64,000 nucleotides of DNA from an uncultured Chloroflexia bacterium (GTDB lineage Bacteria; Chloroflexota; Limnocylindria; Limnocylindrales; CSP1-4). The notes under the pieces were generated by a model. The model was not told where the DNA came from, ran no database searches, and worked only from the letters and a program-made list of their open reading frames with translations. The position numbers were made by a program, and so were the translations under genes. This document shows, piece after piece, positions 51,594 through 60,252 of the stretch (the first letter of the stretch is position 1; the number at the start of each line of letters is the position of its first letter). The DNA lies in assembly GCA_963829155.1 (NCBI GenBank), contig CAWHIA010000012.1, positions 140,357 to 204,356 on the forward strand. The letters are read 5' to 3'.

Positions 51594-52453
51594 CGGGCGG
51601 GGTCCGCGGCGGCGATGCGAGCCGTGCCCTCGCGCACCGCCACGGCGACCTCGTCGATGGACAGGGCCGCCCACGGTCGTGCCGGGCCGTCGAGCCGGAG
51701 CGCGAGCCGCGTCACCTGCGGCGGCCGGAGCCTGGCCTGGCGCATTACGGCTCCGTCCGCGAACACGGCGCGAGGTGCGTCGTCGGCGATCGCGCGGCCG
51801 GCGTCGAGGACGACGAGCCGGTCGGCGACGTCGGCGAGCAGCCGGACGTCGTGGGAGATGCAGACGACGGCCGTCCCCGCATCGCGGAGCTCCTGGATCA
51901 AGCGGCCGACGACGTCGGAGGTGCGATGGTCCTGCGCCGTCGTCGGCTCGTCGAGCACGAGCGCCGGCGTCCCCATCGCCAGCACCGACGCGATCGTCAC
52001 CAGCTTCCGCCTCGCCCGGCCGAGGTGATACGGGTGGCGATCGAGCACGTCCTCGAGGCTCAGCCGCCTCGCCGCGTCGGCGACCCGGTCATCCACCTCG
52101 GCGGACGGCAGGCCCAGGTTGCGCGGACCGAACGCCAGCTCGGCGGCAACGGTCGACGCGAACAGCTGGTGGTTCGGGTTCTGCGCGACGTAGCCGGCGT
52201 GCGCCGCCAGCCGGCGGACCGGCGTCCGCGCGGTGTCCAGGCCGTCGATCGTGACCGTCCCGGTCGCCGGGCGCAGCAGACCCTGCATGAGCCTCGCCAG
52301 CGTCGACTTGCCGGACCCGTTGGCGCCCGCGATGCCGACCACGACCCCCGCCGGCACGTCGAGCGTGCATCCGTCCACGGCCCACGGTGCGCCGGCCGCG
52401 TACCGGAACGAGACGTCGCGCAACGCGAGCACGGCCGGCCGGGCCGCGGTCAT
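51590..52453 (-). CDS. ECF transporter ATP-binding protein EcfA2
   Basis: ATG 52453; Walker A GANGSGKST, signature and Walker B LVLDEPT. Confidence 0.8.
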   Translation of the reverse strand: MTAARPAVLALRDVSFRYAAGAPWAVDGCTLDVPAGVVVGIAGANGSGKSTLARLMQGLLRPATGTVTIDGLDTARTPVRRLAAHAGYVAQNPNHQLFASTVAAELAFGPRNLGLPSAEVDDRVADAARRLSLEDVLDRHPYHLGRARRKLVTIASVLAMGTPALVLDEPTTAQDHRTSDVVGRLIQELRDAGTAVVCISHDVRLLADVADRLVVLDAGRAIADDAPRAVFADGAVMRQARLRPPQVTRLALRLDGPARPWAALSIDEVAVAVREGTARIAAADPAR

Positions 52454-53315
52454 GGGCGGGCCGCCAGCCACGCGAGCGTCGCGTCGACCGAGACGGGCAG
52501 CGCGGCTCCCGCCGTGCGGGAGCCGCGTCCAGGCGCGCGGCGAACGCCGTGACCTCGGGGACGCGCACGCCGGCGGACGCGCCGTCGTTCCGCGCCAGCC
52601 TCGTGAACACGTCACGAGGCGCGCCGTCGAGGACCACGGCCCCGGCGTCGAGCACGAGGACCCGGTCGGCGTGCTCGGCGATGGCCTCGACGTCGTGCGT
52701 CGCCACGATCACGGTCAACCCGTCCTCGCGGCACAGGCGGCGGACGATCTCGAACACTGCGGCGCTGCCCGCCGGGTCGAGGTTCGCGGTCGGCTCGTCC
52801 ATCACCAGCACCGACGGTCGCATCGCCACCGCGCAGGCGATCGCGAGGCGCTGCTGCTCGCCGCCGGACAGCGTCATCGGGTCCCGTGCCTCCAGGCCGG
52901 CGATGCCCACGGCCGCCAGCGCGTCGCCGATCCGTGCCGGCATCTCCGCGCTCGGCAGCGCGAGGTTCTCGAGGCCCAGCGCCACCTCGTCGGCCACCGT
53001 CGGCTGGCTCAGCTGGGCCTCCGGGTCGTCGAACACCATCGCGATCGAGCGCGCCATCTCGCGGACCGTCGTCGAGACCGGGTCCACGCCCCCGACCCGC
53101 ACCTCCCCGCTCCGCTCGCCCGGGAGCAGGTGGGGCACGACGCCGTTGAGGCACAGGCACAACGTGGTCTTGCCCGCCCCGTTGGCCCCGACGATCCCGA
53201 CCAGCTCGCCCGGCCGGACCTCGAACGAGATGCCGCCCAGGGCGGGCGACGAAGACCCCGCGTGCGTGAACCCGAGGTCACGGACGCTGACGCCGGCCGG
53301 ACCGGTCAGGGACAC
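52450..53315 (-). pseudogene. ECF transporter ATP-binding protein EcfA1 with frameshift near 52505
   Basis: GANGAGKTT Walker A, LSGGEQQR, LVMDEPT; after ...FAARLDAAPA the plausible C-terminus LPVSVDATLAWLAARP* is in a different frame and its TGA overlaps the EcfA2 ATG (ATGA). Confidence 0.65.
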
Positions 53316-53325
53316 GACCGCCCGA

Positions 53326-54024
53326 TCAGGCGGCGGACGCGGGCGCGAGGACCAGCAGGTAGACCAGGAGGATCGCCACGCCGGCCACCGTGCCCAGCGT
53401 CGCCACCAGCAGCGTCCGCATCCCGACCTCGGCCGGCAGCTGCAGGCCGTCGGTGTAGCGCGGCGGCAGGGCGCGGACAATCGCGAGCCCGACGAACCCC
53501 GCGATGACCTTGTCGGCGATCGAGACGAGGATGTTCGACGCGAACACGGCGCCGACCATCGCCTCCCCGGCGCCGAGGAACGCGGCCGTGATCACGTCCG
53601 ACGGATGGCCGGTCGCGCCGCCGTAGACGAACAGCACGATCGGGGCCGCGGTCACCGCGACGACCAGGCCGACGAGGACGTTGAGCGCGAAGTAGGTCGC
53701 CGGGTTGCGCCCCATGCCGAACGACCGCACGCCGTAGCCCCAGACTAGGGCGCCGGCGACGTTGGCGAGCGCGAACGGGATATTGCTCGGCCCGTAGATG
53801 GCCGCGCCGCCCACGTTGGCGATCACGCCCGTGAGGGCGCCCCACCACGGCCCGAGGACGATCGCCGCCACGCACGTGCCGATCATGTCCATGAACGTGG
53901 GCAGCCCGAGCAGCCCGTTGATCCAGCCGCCCACGATGTCGAGGGCGGCGGCCGCCGGGACGAGCGTGACGACCAGGGTCGTCGGGATCGCGGGCGCCCG
54001 GGCGCGCACCGCCGGCGCGTTCAT
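53326..54024 (-). CDS. ECF transporter S (substrate-binding) component, substrate unknown
   Basis: ATG 54024; 232 aa, six hydrophobic helices; first gene of S-A1-A2-T operon. Confidence 0.7.
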   Translation of the reverse strand: MNAPAVRARAPAIPTTLVVTLVPAAAALDIVGGWINGLLGLPTFMDMIGTCVAAIVLGPWWGALTGVIANVGGAAIYGPSNIPFALANVAGALVWGYGVRSFGMGRNPATYFALNVLVGLVVAVTAAPIVLFVYGGATGHPSDVITAAFLGAGEAMVGAVFASNILVSIADKVIAGFVGLAIVRALPPRYTDGLQLPAEVGMRTLLVATLGTVAGVAILLVYLLVLAPASAA

Positions 54025-54080
54025 CGCGCTCGATCCTCGTATTCGCCACGACGCGTGGCGCTGCGCCACACGGTAGCGGC

Positions 54081-54488
54081 TCAGCCGCCTCCGGTGAACG
54101 GCGGCTCGTCGGGCCGCAGCGGGCGGAACCGGAGCGCGGACCAGGTCTCGTCGACCGCGACGTTCGTGATCGGCCGCAGCCCGTACGGGGCGATGAGCCG
54201 CCACAGGCTGTCCCGGTTCACGTCCGCCCTGTTGGCCTTGGGATACAGGACCCACACGACCGGGACGGCCATCAGCGCGGCCGCGTCGGCTTCGAACGCC
54301 GCCCGGGCGGCCGCCGCGTCGTCGACGAACACCACAGCGACGCGCGCCGCCTCGTCGACCCGGCCGCCGCCCGTGAGGCGCGCGCCGTCGGGCAGCGGCC
54401 CCAGCAGGGCGCCCCGCGCCGTGTCCGAGACCCAGACGAGGTCGCCCGGCTTGACCAGCAGCTTGGCTGCCAGGCTGCGCTCGCTCAT
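54081..54488 (-). CDS. hypothetical protein (DUF3052-like)
   Basis: 135-aa ORF, ATGA-coupled to upstream FAD oxidase. Confidence 0.5.
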   Translation of the reverse strand: MSERSLAAKLLVKPGDLVWVSDTARGALLGPLPDGARLTGGGRVDEAARVAVVFVDDAAAARAAFEADAAALMAVPVVWVLYPKANRADVNRDSLWRLIAPYGLRPITNVAVDETWSALRFRPLRPDEPPFTGGG

Positions 54489-55877
54489 CGCGGCTCGGGG
54501 CCCGGCGGGATGTTCTGGTTGCGATGGAACAGGTTCTCCGGGTCGTACCGCCGCTTGGCCTCGACGAGGCGGTCCCAGGTCCGGCCGGGGTACGCGTCGT
54601 GGATGCGGCCCTCGCCCCCGTCGGCGAGGAAGTTGACGTACGCGCCATCACGCTGGTGGAGCGCGGCGGCGAGGTCGGTCACCCACGCCTCACGTCGCGC
54701 CTTGTCGTGGTCGCCCTCGTAGAACGTCGCAATGGTGACCATGATCGGGCGGTCGCGGAGGGCGAACGCCGTGGCGGCCGGGTCGACCCTGGCCATGGCG
54801 CCGCCCAGGGCCCGGATCTGCGCCGCCCGCATCGCCGCGTCGGAGGCCTCGAGGTGCTCGAGGATCGTCTCGGCGAGGGCGCTGTCGAATCGGTCGAGGA
54901 AGAATGGTCCGCGAGATCGCGAGCGGGTGGTAGTCCGGCTCGGCCGGCGGGTACATCTCGGGGTACGAGATCGGGCGGACCATGTCCGCGACCGGCGTCG
55001 CAAGGGCGCGGAACGGCGCCATCGCAGCCTGGCCCTCGTCGACCGGGCCGGCCCAGCACAGCAGGCCGAAGATGACGAGCTTGCCGTGCTGCGCCTCGGG
55101 CACGAACGGCATCGGCGGGCAGGGCATCACGTTCGCGATCGTCGACAGCGACTCGGGCGCGGCCTGGGCCGCAGCGACGAAGCCCGCGATCGTGTCCGCG
55201 GTCGCGGGCAGGAACAGCATGCCGCCGACCGCCTCGGGCACGGGGTGGAGGCGGAACTTGAACCGCGTCACCACCCCGAAGTTGCCGCCGCCCCCGCGGA
55301 TCGCCCAGAACAGGTCCGGGTCGTGGTCGTCGTCGACGACGCGGACCTCGCCGTCGGCCGTCACGATCTCGGCCGCGAGCAGGCTGTCGATGGTGAGCCC
55401 GTGCTTCCGCACCAGGTAGCCGATGCCGCCACCGGTCGTGATCCCGCCGAGACCGACCGAACCGGTGTCGCCGAACCCGGTCGCGAGGCCGAGCCCCGCC
55501 GCCGCGATCGTGTACTCCGCCGCGGTCAGGCCGCTGCCGGCCCAGGCGGTCCTCGACGCCTCGTCGATCTCGAGGCCATTGAGGTCGCGGACGTCGAGGA
55601 CGATGCCGCCCTCGGCCGTGCCGTGGGCCGCTCCGCTGTGGCCGCCGGACCGGACCGCGAGGTCGAGTCCGGTCTCGCGGGCGAGCCGGATCACCGCGCG
55701 CACGTCGTCGGTGTCGGCGACCCGCACGATCACCGCGGGCCGGGCGTCGACGCCGCCGAGCATGACCGTCCTGGCGGCGTCGTACTCGGCGTCGTCGGGC
55801 CCGATCACGGGCCCCGTGACGCTGCGTCGGATCGAAGCGAGGTCGAGCTGCACGAGCTCGGAGGTCTGGGGAGTCAT
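54485..55877 (-). pseudogene. FAD-binding (PCMH-type, BBE-like) oxidoreductase with one frameshift near 54905
   Basis: ATG 55877 with AGGAGGAAG RBS; FAD-binding domain (RSGGHS) in ORF 54690-55958 frame; BBE-like C-terminus (FFLDRFDSALAETILEH...DPENLFHRNQNIPP) in ORF 54485-55003 frame; junction accattcttc consistent with inserted a. Confidence 0.75.
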
Positions 55878-55984
55878 CGACTTCCTCCTGTCTTCGTTCA
55901 GGCTTGAGGGTACCGGGCGACCCGTGAACGGCGGTAGGCTTGGGACATCGCAGCACACCCCGCCATGACCACGGGAGCGTCCCC

Positions 55985-57058
55985 ATGACCGAGCGTTGCG
56001 TGATCCTCGTCGGCACCCCCAAGGGGGCCTTCGTCCTCGACGGCGACACCGGCCGTCGCGACTGGACCCTGCGTGGCCCGCTGTGCGAGGGGTGGCCGAT
56101 CCATGACGTCTCCCTCGAGCCCGGCACTGGCGCCCTGCTCGCCGGGGGCGGCAGCCCGTGGTACGGGCCGGCCGTCTGGCGCAGCGACGACCTCGGTCGG
56201 ACCTGGACCCACTCCGGCGACGGGCTCACGTACGGCGACGACGGCCCGAAGCTCGCGACGGTCTGGAATGTCACCGCGACCGACGACACGATCTATGCGG
56301 GCGTCGAGCCCGCCGGCCTGTTCCGCAGCCGCGACCGTGGCGCCTCCTGGGAGCATGTCGAGGGGCTGACCAACCATCGGACCCGGGCGGAATGGGAGCC
56401 GGGCGCCGGTGGCCTGATCCTGCACTCCATCGTCCCCCATCGGGAAGACCCGGACCGCGTGTGGGTCGGCATCTCGGCGGTCGGCGTCTTCGAGACCCGC
56501 GACGGCGGGGCGACGTGGGAGACGCGCAACACGGGCGTTCGGGCGGGCTTCCAGCCGGATATCTACCCCGAGTTCGGGCAGTGCGTGCACAAGCTGGTGA
56601 TGGCGGCCGACGGGGGCGAGCACCTCTACCAGCAGAACCACTGCGGCGTCTACCGGTCCGCGAACGGCGGCGAGCAGTGGGAGGAGATCACGACGGGGCT
56701 CCCGTCCGAGTTCGGCTTTCCCATGACGGCTCACCCGCGCGACCCGCAGACGGTCTGGACGATCCCGCTGAATGGGTCCGACCAGGGCCGGTTCATGCCG
56801 GATGCGTCCGCGGGCGTGTGGCGCACGCACGACGGCGGCGACACCTGGCTCCGCTCGGGCGACGGACTGCCGCAACGGGACGCCTACCTGCAGGTGCTGC
56901 GCGAGGCGATGGCCAACGACGGCATGCACCCGGTGGGCGTCTACTTCGGGACGAGCACCGGGCAGCTGTACGGCAGCGCGGACGAGGGACGCAGCTGGTC
57001 GCTGCTGGCCGACAACCTGCCGCCGATCTGGTCGGTCGAGGCCGCCGTCGTTGGCTGA
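55985..57058 (+). CDS. BNR/Ycf48-like (sialidase-fold) repeat protein
   Basis: Repeated SxDxGxTW BNR motifs (SDDLGRTW, SRDRGASW, TRDGGATW, SANGGEQW, THDGGDTW, SADEGRSW). Confidence 0.8.
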   Translation: MTERCVILVGTPKGAFVLDGDTGRRDWTLRGPLCEGWPIHDVSLEPGTGALLAGGGSPWYGPAVWRSDDLGRTWTHSGDGLTYGDDGPKLATVWNVTATDDTIYAGVEPAGLFRSRDRGASWEHVEGLTNHRTRAEWEPGAGGLILHSIVPHREDPDRVWVGISAVGVFETRDGGATWETRNTGVRAGFQPDIYPEFGQCVHKLVMAADGGEHLYQQNHCGVYRSANGGEQWEEITTGLPSEFGFPMTAHPRDPQTVWTIPLNGSDQGRFMPDASAGVWRTHDGGDTWLRSGDGLPQRDAYLQVLREAMANDGMHPVGVYFGTSTGQLYGSADEGRSWSLLADNLPPIWSVEAAVVG

Positions 57059-57099
57059 CGGCGCGCCGTCCGACGCGACGACGGGCGGGTCGACCGCCG

Positions 57100-57389
57100 A
57101 TGCCACCGGCACGCGCGGGGCCGCCCCGGCGATCGTCCACCTGCCGCGCTCGCTAGTCGCGCTGTTTCCCGGCACCGAGCGGCGGGTCGAGGCGAACGGC
57201 GCGACCGTGGCCGAGGTCATCGCCGACCTCGACCGGCGGATCCCGGGGATCGGCAGCCGCGTCCTGGACGCCGGCCCGAGCCTCCGCTCCCACCTGAACG
57301 TCTTCGTGGCCGGCGAGCGCGCCGGGCTGCAGACGCCGGTCCCGGCCGGCGCCGACGTCCACATCATCCCGGCGGTGTCCGGGGGCTGA
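57100..57389 (+). pseudogene. MoaD/ThiS-family sulfur-carrier-like protein ending in Gly-Gly, frameshift near 57120
   Basis: IVHLPRSLVALFPGTERRVEANGATVAEVIADL...VHIIPAVSGG*; no in-frame start unless one G is added to the gggg run after ATG 57100. Confidence 0.55.
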
Positions 57390-57395
57390 GCCGCG

Positions 57396-57914
57396 TCACG
57401 ACGACTCGGGGCGGTACGGCGCCTCGTCGTCGATGTTGCCGACGAACTGCGGCAGCCTCGCATGGCCCAGCTGCTGGCGGATCGCCTGGTTCTCGCCCGT
57501 GTGGTACCAGTAGTGATAGATGATCCGCTGGAGCAGGTTGCCGAACGTGACGGCGATCGGGCGTCCGCGACTCACGGGATGCTCGAGCAGCCGCGCCGGG
57601 GTGAGCGCGTCGAGCCACGGGTCGGCCTGGGCCGTGATCGACCGCCAGGCCGCCAGCACCTCCTCGAGCTCCGGCGTCGAGCCCGGCGCGCCGTTGGCGA
57701 ATCGCTCCTGGATGTCCGGGTACGGCGTCGTCCCCTGGCCCCGGGTCAGGAAGTAGCGCTGTTCCTGCCAGGCGAGGTGGCCGACGTTCCAGCCGAGGCT
57801 GTTCATCGGGCCGAGGCGGACGCGGGCGTCCGCCGCCGGCACGCCGCGCACGCCGCGCTCGAACTCGGCGCGCGTGAAGCGCAGCTGGCTGACCAGCGGG
57901 TGCGGCTCGCTCAT
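57396..57914 (-). CDS. DinB family (DinB_2) protein
   Basis: LGWNVGHLAWQEQ, YHYWYHTGEN motifs. Confidence 0.8.
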   Translation of the reverse strand: MSEPHPLVSQLRFTRAEFERGVRGVPAADARVRLGPMNSLGWNVGHLAWQEQRYFLTRGQGTTPYPDIQERFANGAPGSTPELEEVLAAWRSITAQADPWLDALTPARLLEHPVSRGRPIAVTFGNLLQRIIYHYWYHTGENQAIRQQLGHARLPQFVGNIDDEAPYRPESS

Positions 57915-57924
57915 GGCGCCACGT

Positions 57925-58743
57925 TAGGCGGAGGCGGTGTCAGGACGTGACAGGTTCCGCTCGTCCCGCCAGGCCAGCCAGTCGCCGGCCCGGTCGACCG
58001 TCCAGTCCGGCCCGTTGAACCCGAGCGTGAACTGGCGTGAACCCGAGCTCGAGGTAGCGGTCGGCGTCCTCGCGCAGGAACCGGTCCAGGTCCTCGGGCT
58101 CGACGCCCAGGCCCCATTCGATCTCGGTCGGGTCGCGCCCTTCCTCCGCGCACCACCGGCGCAGCGCCTCGACCTTCGGCACGAGCTCCTCCGGACGATC
58201 GGGAAACGACGCGTGCCAGCCGTCCGCGTAGCGGGCCACGAGCCGCAGCGTCCGCTGCTCCCCTGTGCCCGCGATCAGGATCGGCATGCGCCGTTGGGGC
58301 GGCGGGTTGAGTGCCGCGAGCCGGCCCTGGATGTCCGGGATCGCCCGCGACAGCGTGGTCAGCCGGTCCCCCACCTGCCCGAACTCGTAGCCGTACTCGT
58401 CGTAGTCGCGCCGGAACCAGCCGGCGCCGAGGCCGAGGATCACCCGCCCGCCGCTGACGTGGTCGACGGTTCGGGCGATGTCGGCGAGCAGCTGCGGGTT
58501 GCGGTAGCCGATGCACGACACCAGCGGGCCGAGCTCGACGCGGGTCGTGGCGTCGGCCCACGCGGCGAGCAGGCTCCAGCACTCGAAGTGCGGACCGTCA
58601 CGCTCTCCGTACAACGGGAAGAAGTGGTCCCACGTGTAGACGATGTCGTACCCCAGGTCGTCGGACGCGACGGCGGCGGCGCGGAGCTCGCGCCAGGCGC
58701 CCTGTTGGGGATGGAGCTGCGCGGCAATGCGGATGCGGTGCAC
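57925..58743 (-). pseudogene. LLM class F420-dependent oxidoreductase with one frameshift near 58030
   Basis: ORF 57940-58743 reads ...YLELGFTPVHARVQ; shifting one base gives canonical YLELGFTQFTLGFNGPDWTVDRAGDWLAWRDERN...* ending at TAA 57925-57927; extra c in acgccagttc. Confidence 0.7.
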
Positions 58744-58826
58744 GGGATCCTCCGGGCCATGGGCTGACGGCCGCCCCGCTCCTCAGGTGCCGTACTCGAC
58801 GGTACGCCTCCCGCGGTGGTCCGGGA

Positions 58827-60109
58827 TCAACGAGATTCCAGCCAGCCGATCCTGCCGAGCACCTCGTCCACGACCTGTCCCACCGGCCGGTCCCCGTCGA
58901 CGACCCAGTCGGCCGGCATCGCGGCCGCGGCTCCCGTCTCCAGGTCGGACGCCGCCACTCGCAGGTCGTCGGCGCGTGACGCGTTCGGGTCGCCGCCCAG
59001 CCGGGCCTCGATCACCGCCAGGGGCACGTCGAGCCTGATCACGGCCAGCGGCATCGCGAGCGCCGCGCGGATGCCGTCCAGGTGGCGCTCGCTGCGCACG
59101 GTCCCCGCCAGCACGAACGACCGGACGCCGACCTCCAGGTAGTTGGCCCGCATCGCCGCCAGGTTGGCGTTGCCGACCCGCGGATCCTCGTGCTCGTCCC
59201 AGTCCACGGGCGCCGCGAACCAGCCCAGCCAGTCGAGGTCGATCGCGGCGACGGGGACGCCGAGGCCATCCAGTCGATCGGTGAGCTCGACCGCGGTGGT
59301 CGACTTGCCGGTGCCGTACACGCCCGACAGGAGGACAGCGCGCGCGTCCGGCGGGCTCGGCACCGGGCGCCGCTTGCCGCCGGTCCTGCCGGCATCCTCG
59401 GCGCGCGGCCTGGCGCGTCGTTCGCCGGCGAGCACGCGCGCGGCCTCGAACGGCGACGCACGCTGCTCGTCGGTCTGGAGCTGCCGGCGGTCGTGGCTCG
59501 AGGTGTGGGCGTACCCGTCGAGCAGGTCGCGCAGCCGGGCGAGCCGCTCGAGCTGGCGCGTCTCGACGGCCGCCCAGCCCTTGGGCGCCGGCCGCACGGC
59601 CATCAAGGCGAGCAGGTGGTCGAGGCACAGGGGCGAGCCGGCGACGGCGCCGGCCCATGCCGCGTCCGCGGTCAGGCCGACGAGGCTCTCCGCGCGACCC
59701 GCGTCCGTCCGCGCGTCGCGCTCGCAGGCCGGGCACGCGGGCGGTCGCGCGGCGTCGGCGACCCGGCGGGCCCGGCTCCAGCCCTTGGCGGCATTCGCCA
59801 CCTCGAGCTCGCGGAGGCGGGGCACGAGCGTCGCGCGGAGCAGGATCGCGGCACCCAGCGTGCCCGCCCGCCGCCGGTCCGCCTCGAGGACCGCCGCGAC
59901 GTGCCGCGCGCAGAACCCGCGCGCGGCGTCGAGCGCCTCGCGGAACGGGATGTCGTTGACGCTCTCGGCCAGGATCGACTCGAGGTAGGCGTCCTCGGAT
60001 CGCTTGGCGCTCCCGGCACAGCGGGCAGCCGGGCGCGCCGAACGCGTCGGCGAGGTGCACGTCCGCGCCCGTGCGGACGGGCAGCCGGGATCCCTGGGCG
60101 CTGCTCACC
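58827..60109 (-). pseudogene. hypothetical protein with N-terminal paired CxxC motifs and C-terminal P-loop NTPase (kinase-like) domain; frameshift near 59990
   Basis: GTG 60109: MSSAQGSRLPVRTGADVHLADAFGAPGCPLCRERQA then (other frame) EDAYLESILAESVNDIPFREALDAARGFCARHV...PACPACERDA...LCLDHLLAL...LLSGVYGTGKSTTAVELTDRLDGLGVPVAAIDLDWLGW...; no in-frame stop between Cys-rich and P-loop parts. Confidence 0.55.
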
Positions 60110-60252
60110 GGGCCATTGTGCGGGTGGACGATGGGACCGGGTGGGTCTGGGACCTTCCAGTGATGTCCGTGGACGCGCCCGCCGCGAACAATCGACCGCA
60201 GCCGTGACCGCGTCGCCCTGTCCGACCGGTCCTCGTCGCGGAGCCCTGCCCG

